In this document: one piece after another, positions 46,529 through 57,280 of the stretch
Layout: each line of letters opens with the position of its first letter
Position numbering within the stretch: the stretch's first letter is position 1
Notes under the pieces: generated by a model
What the model saw: only the letters and a program-made list of their open reading frames with translations
The model's database searches: none
What the model was told of the DNA's origin: nothing
Assembly: GCA_016215325.1 (NCBI GenBank)
Contig: JACRJV010000027.1
Coordinates: forward strand, 16,090-80,089
Length of the DNA stretch: 64,000 bases
Source of the DNA: Candidatus Uhrbacteria bacterium
GTDB taxonomy: Bacteria; Patescibacteriota; Patescibacteriia; JACRJV01
Direction of reading: 5' to 3'
Made by a program: the position numbers and the translations under genes

Positions 46529-46664
46529 CCACAAGCGTTTCTATCGTCCCGACCGCGCTGCCGTTGGAGGGGGTGCGCGGTTGGGACACTGTTTTTTATT
46601 ATCAACACATCATTCTCACATTCTCAAGTTTGTAGGTATGTTGGAATTGTCTATAAAATAAGAA

Positions 46665-46702
46665 AAAACGCCGGCAGGGGAGGTGTCCCGTGCCGGCGTT
46701 TT
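46665..46702 (-). terminator. intrinsic terminator
   Basis: AAAAAACGCCGGCA...TGCCGGCGTTTT. Confidence 0.7.
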
Positions 46703-46717
46703 GATTTCGGGTATTCG

Positions 46718-47110
46718 TTAGGTTGGGGGAATTTGTGATGAATCGTCGTTTATCCCCTCCGTCAACCGTTCCTCGTACTCGATCCATTCACCCGAGGGAT
46801 GGGGTATGCGGTAGTATACGCGCATGTTCTCCCTGTCCACCCGCATGTTCATTGCCCAAAGCGAGTGGTAGGAGAGACCGAGGAGTTCCGCAAGGTGTTC
46901 GTCGGTACGGCGGTTATTGATATGCCACTTCCAGTCGCCCCAGAGCCTTGCTTCTCGTTGGGGGCGGATTTGTTCTTGCTCCGCTACCTCTTCCACCGTG
47001 ATGCCATTGCGACGACACAGTGACGATGTCTCGGCATCGAGGTTGCAAACGTACCATGCCCGCCGCAATGCAACGATCGTAAACAGAGATGAGTAATTGG
47101 TCGTATTCAT
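46718..47110 (-). CDS. hypothetical protein, possible HTH
   Basis: SD GGAGG; TDEHLAELLGLS. Confidence 0.55.
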   Translation of the reverse strand: MNTTNYSSLFTIVALRRAWYVCNLDAETSSLCRRNGITVEEVAEQEQIRPQREARLWGDWKWHINNRRTDEHLAELLGLSYHSLWAMNMRVDRENMRVYYRIPHPSGEWIEYEERLTEGINDDSSQIPPT

Positions 47111-47254
47111 GGGTCCCTCCAAATTGTTAAGGTTCTTATCGCATGGTAGAGATCAAGTCAGAAAATGTACAGAAAAATCAACAATGATTGACATATAAGA
47201 TAATTTGTGATTTAATATTGGGCATAATATCGTAATCATTCGTTGTCGAAAAAT

Positions 47255-48004
47255 ATGTACGTTCATGAACTCCAGCACGCGGGGCTCACGGAAAAGCAAG
47301 CCAAGATCTACCTAGCGGCGTTGGAATTGGGTATGGCAAAAGCGCCGGAGATTGCCAAACAGGCCGGGCTCAAGCGGACTACTGCCTATGGCATTGTCGA
47401 TGAGCTGGTCCACAAGGGGTTGTTGAGCACGCAGAAAAAAGGATCGCGGATGCTGTTTCGAGCGCAAGATCCGCTGACCCTTTTGGGTTTGGTGGACCAA
47501 GGGCGACGTGCGGTGGCGCAGGTTGTCCCGCAATTGGCAGCCGTGTATGCTTCGAGTAATGTCCGACCACGCCTTGAGTTTTTTGAAGGCCGCGAAGGTA
47601 TCAAACGGATTTACGAAGATACCTTGCAATGCCGTTCGAAAAAAATTCTCCAGATTGTAAAGGTGGAGGACTTCAAGGAGTTCCCCGGTGGAGATTTTTC
47701 CCAGGAGTACATTCGGCGACGCGCCGAGAAGGGGATTATTGCCTTTGCGCTCCACCCGGCCAGTGGTGATACCTATGACCAGACGTATGGGCAAGAGAGC
47801 GCGCAATGGAAGCGGCACGTCCGGTATCTCCCCCCTTCGTTATTTTGCGCATCGATGATCATGATCTATGACCACAAGGTGATGATGATTTCGACCAAGG
47901 CAGAAAATTTTGGGTTCATTATTGAGAGTCAGGCATTTGCCAGCACTATGCGCTCGATGTTTGAGTTTCTCTGGAAGTTGGGGAGCGCCACTGCGCAAGA
48001 ATGA
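47255..48004 (+). CDS. TrmB-family transcriptional regulator
   Basis: GLTEKQAKIYLAALELG..IAKQAGLKRTTAY; FFEGREGIK; IYDHKV. Confidence 0.88.
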   Translation: MYVHELQHAGLTEKQAKIYLAALELGMAKAPEIAKQAGLKRTTAYGIVDELVHKGLLSTQKKGSRMLFRAQDPLTLLGLVDQGRRAVAQVVPQLAAVYASSNVRPRLEFFEGREGIKRIYEDTLQCRSKKILQIVKVEDFKEFPGGDFSQEYIRRRAEKGIIAFALHPASGDTYDQTYGQESAQWKRHVRYLPPSLFCASMIMIYDHKVMMISTKAENFGFIIESQAFASTMRSMFEFLWKLGSATAQE

Positions 48005-48005
48005 T

Positions 48006-49070
48006 ATGGTCAGAAATATGAAAAAAATTGCTTTTATCATGGGATTGGTTGCGCTGGTAGTGGTGGCTATTACTGCGATGGCTACCGTGTACTCCCAGCA
48101 ACAACAACGGAAACGATCGACCGCCGCGGTGGTGTCTACACCGACACCAGAGGGGCGGTCGACGTTGGCGCCAGTGCCGCCAACGTCGCGGCGCGTGAGC
48201 TTTGCCATTGCCGGCGACATTATGTTGGCCCGGTCGGTTCGTCGGGCATTTGGGGCCAATGCATTTCGCGACCTACTCACATTTTTTGACGCCACAATAT
48301 TTGAGGGCGTCGATGCCGCCATTGCGAACTTGGAAGGGGCATTGAGTGATAAACCGGTTGCAAAAGAATCAAACCCCCATACCTTTGTCTTCCACTTCCC
48401 TCCGGAGGGGCTACGAGTTCTGGAAGACTTGCATCTTTCCGGCGTCAGTCTTGCCAATAATCATAGTTTGAACGCCGGCACCAAGGGCCTTGCCACAACG
48501 CGCCGGGTGGTGCAAGAAGCCAACATCAAGCCGATCGGCGATCCACAATCGGTCACCGAGGATCATGTCGGACAATTTGAAGGCAACGGCCTTACTTTGT
48601 ATATTATTGCGGTCAACGATATCGGCAACGGCCAACCGCATGATCCCATCCCGCTGATCCGGCGATTAACCCAGGATCCCAACGCGCGCGCGATCGTGTT
48701 CCCGCATTGGGGGGTAGAGTATGCGCCCCGGCATAGCAAACGGCAAGAGCAGCTCGCGCACGATTGGATCGACGCGGGCGCTGACGCAGTGATTGGGGGC
48801 CATCCGCATGTGGTCCAAGACATGGAGCTCTACCACAACAAACCGATTGTCTATTCATTAGGGAATTTTATTTTTGATCAGATGTTCTCGGCCGAAACGC
48901 AGCGCGGGCTCATTGTAAAAGGCGAGTTCATAGAAGATCAATTGGTTCTTGCAGTTCTTCCTATTGAATCGAATCGCATGCAACCCCGGATGGTCGAGGC
49001 TCCAGAATGGTTTGATCGTTGGCTCCAAGAGAACAAAAACGCTCTTGACGCGGTGGGCGGTATTCCTTGA
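48006..49070 (+). CDS. CapA/PGA_cap-family metallophosphatase-like protein
   Basis: AGDIML, NLEG, LANNHS, HWGVEY, GGHPHV, YSLGNF. Confidence 0.9.
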   Translation: MVRNMKKIAFIMGLVALVVVAITAMATVYSQQQQRKRSTAAVVSTPTPEGRSTLAPVPPTSRRVSFAIAGDIMLARSVRRAFGANAFRDLLTFFDATIFEGVDAAIANLEGALSDKPVAKESNPHTFVFHFPPEGLRVLEDLHLSGVSLANNHSLNAGTKGLATTRRVVQEANIKPIGDPQSVTEDHVGQFEGNGLTLYIIAVNDIGNGQPHDPIPLIRRLTQDPNARAIVFPHWGVEYAPRHSKRQEQLAHDWIDAGADAVIGGHPHVVQDMELYHNKPIVYSLGNFIFDQMFSAETQRGLIVKGEFIEDQLVLAVLPIESNRMQPRMVEAPEWFDRWLQENKNALDAVGGIP

Positions 49071-49130
49071 TTTTGGGGCTGATTGTCTAGTATAGTGACC
49101 CTATCGCTCTATTTTTGGACCCCCGGCTGT

Positions 49131-50351
49131 ATGATTTTTTTAAGTTATCTATTGGGCGCGCGTGTTCGTGATGCGCAGGGCTCCGCGGTTGGGACCATTA
49201 TCGATGCCCTTGTCGACTTGCGCCGATCGGAGGACGTTCCACCCCTTGTTGGTTTGCTGTGCCGACGCAGTGCCGGCGAAGAAGCGGTTTGCTTATCACC
49301 AGATTCGTTAGAAAGTTGGGGGCCGGATTCTGTAATTTTGGATGCCCGTATTGACGATGCAATCATCACGACACCAACAGGGCCAGGGGTCGTAGCGCTC
49401 AAAGAATCCGTGATGGACAAGCAGATCGTTGATTTAAGCGGGCTTCGCGTGGTGCGGGTGAATGATGTGCAATTTAGCCGCGTCCGATCGGTTATGAGCC
49501 TGGTAGCGTTGGACATCAGCACGCGGGGGTTATTGCGCCGGATGGGATTTTCGCACCCGCGTTGGGATCGCCTGCTTAAGCCCAATTTTTTAGAGTGGAA
49601 GGATGTGAGTCTTGTAGAAAACCAGCTCCACTTGACTCAGCATGTCGAGGACATGGTCAAGCTCCACCCCGCGGACATCGCAAACCTCATCGAACACATG
49701 AATATTCGGCATGGATCCGTTGTTCTCCAATCCCTGGACCAGGCGACTGCGGCGAGAGTGCTGGAAGAAGTCCAACCCGAGATCCAAACAATTTTGGTGA
49801 AAAGTTTAGGTCCAGAGCGCGCTGCCAGCATTATGCAAAAAATGTCGGTCGACGAACTCGTCGACCTCATGCAGGCATTGCCCAACCCAGAGTCGGGAGA
49901 GATTATGCGTCGGCTCCCGGGCAATGAAAAGACCGAAGACCTTCGTTCGATCATCAAGTATGATGAAGATACGGCGGGCGGGCTTATGACCACCGAATTT
50001 GTTTCCGCGCAGCCCAACCTTACTGTACGGCAAGCCGTGGACCTCATCCGAAAAGTCTCTACCATCCATCATAGTCTCCCCTTTGTCTACATTGTCGACC
50101 AAAGAGAAAAATTTCTCGGGGTCGTTTCTACGCGGCGGCTACTGATTGCTGATCCGGACCAAACGCTCGCGGAGGTGATGAAGTTGAGCGAGCGACTCCC
50201 CACCGCTGGTGAGAATGATCGTCTCATGGATGTGGCAACATTGATGACAAAATATAACCTCTTTACGGTCGCGGTGTTGGATGGCAAAGGAAAGTTACTT
50301 GGCGTTGTCACCGCCGATGATATCATGCGTTCGCTCATACCGAACGCATAA
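49131..50351 (+). CDS. PRC-barrel + MgtE N-terminal + CBS soluble protein
   Basis: DKQIVD..RVND, LHPADIA, YDEDTAGGLMT, CBS pair, no TM region. Confidence 0.88.
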   Translation: MIFLSYLLGARVRDAQGSAVGTIIDALVDLRRSEDVPPLVGLLCRRSAGEEAVCLSPDSLESWGPDSVILDARIDDAIITTPTGPGVVALKESVMDKQIVDLSGLRVVRVNDVQFSRVRSVMSLVALDISTRGLLRRMGFSHPRWDRLLKPNFLEWKDVSLVENQLHLTQHVEDMVKLHPADIANLIEHMNIRHGSVVLQSLDQATAARVLEEVQPEIQTILVKSLGPERAASIMQKMSVDELVDLMQALPNPESGEIMRRLPGNEKTEDLRSIIKYDEDTAGGLMTTEFVSAQPNLTVRQAVDLIRKVSTIHHSLPFVYIVDQREKFLGVVSTRRLLIADPDQTLAEVMKLSERLPTAGENDRLMDVATLMTKYNLFTVAVLDGKGKLLGVVTADDIMRSLIPNA

Positions 50352-50362
50352 ATCTTGTTTGT

Positions 50363-51616
50363 ATGGCGTTGCGTTGGAAAAACACTCTTTGGCCCAAGGT
50401 GTTATTTTTTTTGAGCGTGATCGGCCCTGGGATTATTGCGGCTAACGCCGATAATGATGCCGGCGGGATCAGCACGTATTCCATCGTTGGCGCCCACTTT
50501 GGCACCTCGATGTTATGGATCTTGTTTTTACTGACCTTTTCACTGGCGGTGACACAAGAGATGGGCGTACGCATTGGTCTGGTCACGCAACAAGGCTTGG
50601 GCGGGGTGATCCGGGAATACTTTGGCGTGCGCTGGACCGTCTTTGCCATGGTGGCAATGCTCATCGCCAATATGGGGACCATCGTCGCAGAGTTCGCCGG
50701 GATTGCGTCGTCGTTTGAATTATTTGGTATCACAAAATATCTTGTCGTTCCTATTGCCGCTGTGGTGGTCTGGACGGTGTTATACAAAGGATCGTTTCGC
50801 GCGGCTCAAAAAATCTTTTTGCTGTTTTCGATGTTCTACATTGTTTACATCATCAATGGGTTTATCGTCAAGCCGGATTTTGGGTTGGCATTCAAGAGCC
50901 TTATTACGCCGCAAATCCAATGGTCTGGCACATATTTACTCACCATGATTGCTCTGATTGGGACAACGATTACCCCCTGGGGACAGTTTTTCATCCAATC
51001 ATATGTGGTGGATAAGGGGCTTAATATTAAGCATTATTCTGTAGAAAAATGGGAAGTATTCATCGGGGCGCTGATTACGAATGTCGTCAGTTTCTTTATT
51101 ATTGTGAGTACGGCGTTTACATTGTTTCAAGCGGGGATTCGCATTCATGACGCGAAAGATGCGGCGTTCGCTCTGGAACCGTTAGCGGGGCATTTTGCCG
51201 AAGTCCTCTTCGCGTTTGGATTATTTAGCGCCTCGATGTTGGGAGCGTTTATCTTGCCGGTGGCGACATCGTATGCGGTGTGCGAGGCATTGGGCTGGGA
51301 ATATGGGTTTAACACCAATTGGAAGAACGGGCGGATGTTTTATAGCATCATTCTTTTTTCGATCATCCTGCCGGCGCTGATAGTGCTCATTCCGCGTTTG
51401 CCATTAGTCAATGTGATGCTCTTGAGCCAGGATATCAATGGGATCTTATTGCCCATCATCCTTATCTTCGTGATGCTCATTATCAACAACCCGCGCATCA
51501 TGGGAGCGCATACAAACAAGCGATGGGGGAATGCCATCGCTTGGTTGACTATTATCGGGATTATTTTCGCCACCGTGTTACTGGTCGTTGCCCCATTGAT
51601 CGGGCTTGCCCCTTAG
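50363..51616 (+). CDS. NRAMP-related divalent cation (probably Mg2+) transporter
   Basis: GPGIIAANADNDAGG, GTTITPW. Confidence 0.88.
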   Translation: MALRWKNTLWPKVLFFLSVIGPGIIAANADNDAGGISTYSIVGAHFGTSMLWILFLLTFSLAVTQEMGVRIGLVTQQGLGGVIREYFGVRWTVFAMVAMLIANMGTIVAEFAGIASSFELFGITKYLVVPIAAVVVWTVLYKGSFRAAQKIFLLFSMFYIVYIINGFIVKPDFGLAFKSLITPQIQWSGTYLLTMIALIGTTITPWGQFFIQSYVVDKGLNIKHYSVEKWEVFIGALITNVVSFFIIVSTAFTLFQAGIRIHDAKDAAFALEPLAGHFAEVLFAFGLFSASMLGAFILPVATSYAVCEALGWEYGFNTNWKNGRMFYSIILFSIILPALIVLIPRLPLVNVMLLSQDINGILLPIILIFVMLIINNPRIMGAHTNKRWGNAIAWLTIIGIIFATVLLVVAPLIGLAP

Positions 51617-52056
51617 GCCAGCAGTTGTTTGACCCGATCGCAGACGAGTTTGCCATCCGCGCGACCGCGAGTTTTGACACTCACTTCTTTCATCACTTTG
51701 CCGAAATCAGCAGTGGTTGAGGCTCCAGTGTTAGTGATCGTTTCACGGATGATTGCATCTACTTCCTCCGTTGTGAGTTGCTGCGGTAAATAGGATTCGA
51801 GAATCTGGAGTTCTTGTTGTTCGGATTGCGCGAGATCGGCACGGCTCGCACGCGTATATTCTTCGATTGCTTCTCTCCGGCGCTTTACTTCTCGCTGGAT
51901 AATCGAGACGGTCTCCTCTGGCGTTGCTTCGTGGAGATCCCCCTGACGTTCCGAAAGTTGGATGGCAGACAAGAGCAACCGGAGCGTTGAGACGCGGAGT
52001 TTTTCTTTTGCGATCATCGCTTGCTTTAATTGCAGTTGGAGGTCTTGTTTGGTCAT
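51613..52056 (-). CDS. GatB/YqeY domain protein
   Basis: LKQAMIAK..LRLL, YLPQQL, DFGKVM, GRADG. Confidence 0.9.
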   Translation of the reverse strand: MTKQDLQLQLKQAMIAKEKLRVSTLRLLLSAIQLSERQGDLHEATPEETVSIIQREVKRRREAIEEYTRASRADLAQSEQQELQILESYLPQQLTTEEVDAIIRETITNTGASTTADFGKVMKEVSVKTRGRADGKLVCDRVKQLLA

Positions 52057-52071
52057 ACCGTAGAAATGAAT

Positions 52072-53622
52072 TTATTCAATACCTAACTTATCGCGGAGCA
52101 ATTGTGCAGCAATCTCCGGGTTCGCCCTTCCTTTAGTTTTTTTCATTACTTGGCCGACTAAAAATTGCAGTGCGGTCACCTTCCCACCTTTCACATCTGC
52201 CACCACCTTTGGGTTCTCTGCGACTACCGTGTCGACATGTTCTTGGATGCTTGCGGCATCCGAGACTTGTGCGAGCCCTTGTTCTTCGAGGATTTGGCTC
52301 GGATCGCCTCCGGAAACCACCATATGAGTGAGTAGTTGGAGCGCATTAGTGCCATTGACCTTGTTGGTTGCGATCATCGATAGTAACTCCGCGAGATTTT
52401 CCGCATCGAGTTTCATCGTCGACAATGTTCGTTTTTGTTCGTTGAGCACTCCGAGCAGCTTGCTGCCGATCCAGCCGGCGACAAGTTTTGTCCATTTAGA
52501 ACGTGTTTGCAATGCCGCATCACTCGCCTCTCCCACAGTATCGCGGATCCATGTGGTGAGCTCTGCCATCACTTGCTCCACAAAAGCGGCGAGTTCTTTT
52601 GAGTCGCAGAAGACCGCTGCATCAGAACTGGTAAAACCGTACTCTTGCTCAAATCGTTGCCGTTTTGCTGCAGGCAGTTCCGGGAGTTGCTGTACAATTC
52701 CGGCAATGCGTTCGGGCGTAAATGTTATTGGCGGTAAATCGGGTTCGGGGAAGTATCGATAGTCGTGCGCTTCTTCTTTTGTGCGTTGCTCGACCGTGAT
52801 ACCGCGAGCATCATCCCATCCGCGAGTGGATTGGAAATTGACTGGATTTCCTTCTTCCCAGAGTTTGGTTTGACGGATGATTTCGTATTCCAGGGCACGC
52901 TCCACCGATTTGAATGAATTCATATTTTTCACTTCTGTTTTTGGCCCGAGTTTCGAGTAATCCGTAATCCAGTCCTCCTGGTCCCTGGCCACTGGTCCCT
53001 GGCCACTGACCTCTCGCATGGAGATATTTGCATCACACCGCAGATGCCCCTTTTCCATATCTGCTTCGGAAACGCCGATGTACCGTGCGATGCGCTGGAG
53101 TTCTTGTAAGAAATTCTTGGCTTCCGCCGGGGAGCGGAAATCTGGTTCCGTGACGATCTCCATGAGCGGGGAGCCGGCGCGGTTAAAATCGACATAGGAT
53201 TCTTTATTTTTTCCATGCAGGAGTTTGCCGGCGTCTTCTTCAAGGTGGAGGCGAGTGATTCGGATTTTTTTCTGGTATTTCCCCTTGGGGGAGGCCACGT
53301 CAAAGACCACCGCGCCATTCGTGCATAACGGTTGGTCGTATTGGGAAATTTGATAGCCCTTGGGGAGGTCGGGATAGAAATAATTTTTTCGGTCAAACTT
53401 GGAGAACGCTGCAACGGTGCACCCTAACGCTGCACCCATGAGCGCCCCCTTTTCGAGTGCAATGCGGTTGATGATCGGCAGCGTCCCTGGCTGTCCGGTG
53501 CAGATCGGGCAGATGGCTGTGTTGGGGGCCTCGTCTTCGACCATGTTCGGGCAGCCGCAGAACATTTTGCTCTGGGTATTAGTGCGGATGTGGATTTCTA
53601 ATCCTATAATCGGCTGTAGCAT
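52072..53622 (-). CDS. gatB: Asp/Glu-tRNA amidotransferase subunit B
   Basis: GLEIH, RKNYFYPDLPKGYQISQ, RCDANIS, DYRYFPEPDLP. Confidence 0.97.
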   Translation of the reverse strand: MLQPIIGLEIHIRTNTQSKMFCGCPNMVEDEAPNTAICPICTGQPGTLPIINRIALEKGALMGAALGCTVAAFSKFDRKNYFYPDLPKGYQISQYDQPLCTNGAVVFDVASPKGKYQKKIRITRLHLEEDAGKLLHGKNKESYVDFNRAGSPLMEIVTEPDFRSPAEAKNFLQELQRIARYIGVSEADMEKGHLRCDANISMREVSGQGPVARDQEDWITDYSKLGPKTEVKNMNSFKSVERALEYEIIRQTKLWEEGNPVNFQSTRGWDDARGITVEQRTKEEAHDYRYFPEPDLPPITFTPERIAGIVQQLPELPAAKRQRFEQEYGFTSSDAAVFCDSKELAAFVEQVMAELTTWIRDTVGEASDAALQTRSKWTKLVAGWIGSKLLGVLNEQKRTLSTMKLDAENLAELLSMIATNKVNGTNALQLLTHMVVSGGDPSQILEEQGLAQVSDAASIQEHVDTVVAENPKVVADVKGGKVTALQFLVGQVMKKTKGRANPEIAAQLLRDKLGIE

Positions 53623-53720
53623 AGTGGATGGTTGCTGGAATTGGAGATTGGTAATAGAGAGTAGAAAATAGAGGTTGGAAACATTTCTAATCTCTATACA
53701 CCAATTTCCATTACCAGTCT

Positions 53721-54389
53721 CTAATTTCTAGCAACCAATTTCCGTTTTACAACTGCCCATATCTTCTCATGGATCTCCTCCTTACTCAAGAGCGTTCCAT
53801 CGGGGGCGCAATTGATGAGGGAAATGTGGTTTTTTGACGTTGCGGCAAGTGTTTTGTAGAGAGCTAAGATATCGTTTTGGTGTCTTCGATTGCGTTCGAT
53901 ATGATCCAAACGCTGGTTTGTTTTTTTGGAGCGTTCGCGCAGGAGTTGCACTGAGATAGCCGTAGGAACCGTGAGAACAATCGTATGGTCTGCTCGGGGA
54001 ATGCCAAACACCCCATACTCCAATTGTTCGATCCAGCGCCAGAGCGGCTTGCGTTTTGCCGGCGGCAGCTTGGCGGCGGAATACACTAAACTACTGGTCA
54101 CATAGCGGCTGGAGATCACCGCTTCGCCGCGCTCTATCCATTTGCGAATCTGGGCACTGGCATCAAAGCGATCCACCGCATACAGGATACTGCTGACCTC
54201 GGCCTTGAGCTTGCCCGGATCGCCATAGCGGCCATGGAGGTATTGGTCAACCGCCCAAGCAGCAGAGTGTCCATGGCGAGGGAACGCAATCGTGCGAGTA
54301 GGAAAATGTTCTTTGCGCATACGGCGCGCCAGGAGCTTGAGCTGGGTGGTTTTCCCGGATCCATCAGTGCCTTCGATAACGATGAACAT
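53721..54389 (-). CDS. tmk: thymidylate kinase
   Basis: FIVIEGTDGSGKTTQ, LYAVDRF, SRYVTS. Confidence 0.9.
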   Translation of the reverse strand: MFIVIEGTDGSGKTTQLKLLARRMRKEHFPTRTIAFPRHGHSAAWAVDQYLHGRYGDPGKLKAEVSSILYAVDRFDASAQIRKWIERGEAVISSRYVTSSLVYSAAKLPPAKRKPLWRWIEQLEYGVFGIPRADHTIVLTVPTAISVQLLRERSKKTNQRLDHIERNRRHQNDILALYKTLAATSKNHISLINCAPDGTLLSKEEIHEKIWAVVKRKLVARN

Positions 54390-54477
54390 ACGATACGAGA
54401 TATGAAGATATGAGGATATGAAGGGATAGCGGATAATAGCACTCTTAATATCTACGTATCTGATATCTTCGTATTTT

Positions 54478-56016
54478 TTACCGTTCAAAAAATTCCCTTG
54501 GGAAATTCATCTTCACTGCGCGAAGGTCTCGCACCAGCAGGGGGTGAATAGCCTTCACTTTTTCGAACATCTCGTAACAGAGATCGCGATAGGAAAAATG
54601 TCCGCCGGATTTGGTGCGCAGTTCCACCATGTGGTAGAGTTCGCGCAAGTTCATTTTAAAGAGAGTTCGTTTTTTCCAACCAAGGGCAATCAGGTATTGG
54701 CTCGCGTACCCCACTGTTGAACGGAGTGTTTCGACACGGGCGCGATTGCGCTGCATGAATTGAGTATAGCGGTCCAGCAACCCCGCATCTTCAATATCGC
54801 GTGGAATTTCATATCCATGCAACGTGCTGACCCCCTGATTAATTTGGCTTGTGATGCGATGGCGTTGGAGGTCGCGGAATGCGCCGTAATCAAAGAGGGT
54901 ATCGAATAGGAGGCCTTGTCCGACTTCGAACTCCCGGCTTACCCAGTCATGGGACCCTCGTTTGTTCTGAACGCTGTCCAATATATCCTGCTTGGTTTCC
55001 AGCGGAAGCGGACGGACAGTTTCTACAATCGTGCGGAATGGGAGCGTTGATTCGGCGTAGAGCAGTGTCGCAATCAATTCATCCTCTGGTGTTATTTGGC
55101 CGCTGATGTAATCAACGCGGGGTTCCGGAATGCGAGATTCGGGGCTTGTGACGCCGGATAACAACCGTTCCGTCCATTGGCGCATGTTCTTACTTTTCTC
55201 CATGAGATATTGTTTGGGGTCGGTATGTTTTACGAGCGTCGGAGCGCCCTTGACTTGCAATGTCAGTTGCTGGCGCAATTCTTGAATCAGATGTGGCTCC
55301 GATGTTGATCCGAGCAAGCGTTCTAATAGTGGTTGGATTTTATTGAATTGCGGATTGTATGCGGCGGTGGTTGCTGCGTGTTGAAGCTCCTTTCCGATCG
55401 AATGCATTTCTAACAGTGGGTGCGCGAGCAGCTTTGAAATGCAATGCCGCAATTCCCGCGCGTTCATGATCATACCAAAATTAGTGAGCGTTGCTGTCGG
55501 CAATAGATACCGCGCAACATCCAAGGCTCGTGCGCAGCATTTGTTGGCATACGCTTTGTCGCTCATCTCCGCAGGCTTTGCGTAGGTCTTCTGATAGAAT
55601 GCGACCATCGCTTCCGTGATCGTCTGGTATCCTTCCATCAAGTCTCTGATCCCTTCAACATACAGGGCGCGCATGGCCGGGTCGGCGAGTTCTTCTGGGA
55701 CAAAAAAACGGTCGATGTGGAATGGTTGATACCGTGTTGATTTTTCTTGGAACGATGCCATGCGACAGTCCTCCACCACTTTGCTGGCAAGAATGGAGAT
55801 ATTCTCCAGCGCCATTGGGATCACCGCCATGTCGGCAACCGATGCATCCCCAAACCCCAACACCCATTTTTCGTGGAATTCGGCGCTTTTTTCCTCGGTC
55901 AACTCATCAATCGTTTCCTTGATCGATGCCCCCGATCGGCTGTATTTTGCCATAGCAACAGCCAAGACTTCGGGCGGGAGTCCTGCGATGGAGAAGATGG
56001 AGCGCTCAAAAGACAT
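54478..56016 (-). CDS. thyX: FAD-dependent thymidylate synthase, double-domain type
   Basis: FGDASVA, FQEKSTRY, DVARYLLP, RDLQRHR, ELRT..GH. Confidence 0.88.
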   Translation of the reverse strand: MSFERSIFSIAGLPPEVLAVAMAKYSRSGASIKETIDELTEEKSAEFHEKWVLGFGDASVADMAVIPMALENISILASKVVEDCRMASFQEKSTRYQPFHIDRFFVPEELADPAMRALYVEGIRDLMEGYQTITEAMVAFYQKTYAKPAEMSDKAYANKCCARALDVARYLLPTATLTNFGMIMNARELRHCISKLLAHPLLEMHSIGKELQHAATTAAYNPQFNKIQPLLERLLGSTSEPHLIQELRQQLTLQVKGAPTLVKHTDPKQYLMEKSKNMRQWTERLLSGVTSPESRIPEPRVDYISGQITPEDELIATLLYAESTLPFRTIVETVRPLPLETKQDILDSVQNKRGSHDWVSREFEVGQGLLFDTLFDYGAFRDLQRHRITSQINQGVSTLHGYEIPRDIEDAGLLDRYTQFMQRNRARVETLRSTVGYASQYLIALGWKKRTLFKMNLRELYHMVELRTKSGGHFSYRDLCYEMFEKVKAIHPLLVRDLRAVKMNFPREFFER

Positions 56017-56122
56017 AACAGTAAATTTTCAATTATCAATTTTTAATTTTCAATGAATGATTCAATTTAGAATTTTTCAACATTGAAAATTCAATGAAAA
56101 TTTTAAATTGGGAATTGGAAAT

Positions 56123-56557
56123 TTATACCGTGGTTCCCGTCGACCCATATCCACCACGGTCAGCGGCATCGATCTCTTCTTCGGAAAACTCCGCTTTGTC
56201 GATGCGGACAAACACTGCCTGGCCCAGGCGTTCACCTTTTTCAATGGTAACGGGATGGTCGGTAAAGTTATAGAATTGCAAAAGGATTTCGTCGTTTGGC
56301 CCGCAGTAATCTTGGTCGACCACCCCAATGCCTTGCGGGATGGACAAGCCCTTGCGTTTGGGAGTGGACGAGCGGGGGACCACCACGAGCATGTACTTCT
56401 CGGGAGTCTCGACAATAATATTGGTGGGGATCCGTTCTATTGCTTTTGGCGCAACGGTGGTATCAATGCGACTGTACAGATCAAACGCCACCGAACCCGG
56501 GGTGTGGTAGGCCGGCAAGGGCAGGGTGGGGTCGATGCGGTGGATGCGCACCATCAT
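56123..56557 (-). CDS. dut: dUTP diphosphatase
   Basis: AFDL, PRSS, GVVDQDYCG, GERLGQ, RGGYGSTG. Confidence 0.95.
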   Translation of the reverse strand: MMVRIHRIDPTLPLPAYHTPGSVAFDLYSRIDTTVAPKAIERIPTNIIVETPEKYMLVVVPRSSTPKRKGLSIPQGIGVVDQDYCGPNDEILLQFYNFTDHPVTIEKGERLGQAVFVRIDKAEFSEEEIDAADRGGYGSTGTTV

Positions 56558-56631
56558 AGATCAGTAAGCAGTAAGCAGTAATGGTGCCATCGTTTACGAT
56601 TGCTTCTTGCTCACTGTTTCTTGTTTCTCAA

Positions 56632-57207
56632 CTAAGACTGGAAGTCTTCCGGCAGAAACTTCGTTGAGGTTTGTCCGGTTTGCTGTTTAAACCGTCCTTT
56701 TTGTTGATATGAAAACTCCACCGGAGAGCTTAACTCTTCGAAGGTGAAACTGCAAATGCGCATCCCGGGGTAGAGCGCCACGGGGATCCGGCCTTGGTTG
56801 CCGAGCTCGAGCATGGGGTTGCCGTCCCAGCCGGGGTCAAAGCGCGCTGCTGTTGAATGGACGATAATGCCGACTCGGGCAAGACTTGACCGCCCTTCCA
56901 GCCGGCCGATCAAATCATTGGAAAGCGTGAGTCGTTCGCGGGTGGCGGCGATAATGAGTTCCCCAGGGTGGATAATAAAACGTTCCCCATCCGGGATCTC
57001 CACGAGTCTCGTGACCGTATCAATCACGAGCTCCTGGAGGGGATCGATGATCGGGAGCTTGTTATAGTCAAATACGCGGAATGTATTGCCTAAGTGGAAG
57101 TCGACAGAGCACGGCCGTAAAATCGAGGACGTAAGGTCCGGGGAAGGTTCCATCTGGATTCGTCCAGCAGCAAACGCGCGGCGGATGTCACGGTCGGACA
57201 AAATCAC
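56632..57207 (-). CDS. dcd: dCTP deaminase
   Basis: ILSDRDI, EGRSSLAR, DPGWDG, LYPGMRIC; GTG start assumed. Confidence 0.93.
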   Translation of the reverse strand: MILSDRDIRRAFAAGRIQMEPSPDLTSSILRPCSVDFHLGNTFRVFDYNKLPIIDPLQELVIDTVTRLVEIPDGERFIIHPGELIIAATRERLTLSNDLIGRLEGRSSLARVGIIVHSTAARFDPGWDGNPMLELGNQGRIPVALYPGMRICSFTFEELSSPVEFSYQQKGRFKQQTGQTSTKFLPEDFQS

Positions 57208-57280
57208 AATGAAAATTTTCAATACCCAATTCCAATTCCCAATACACGTCGACTATTCATTGGAAATTAGGAATTGGGAA

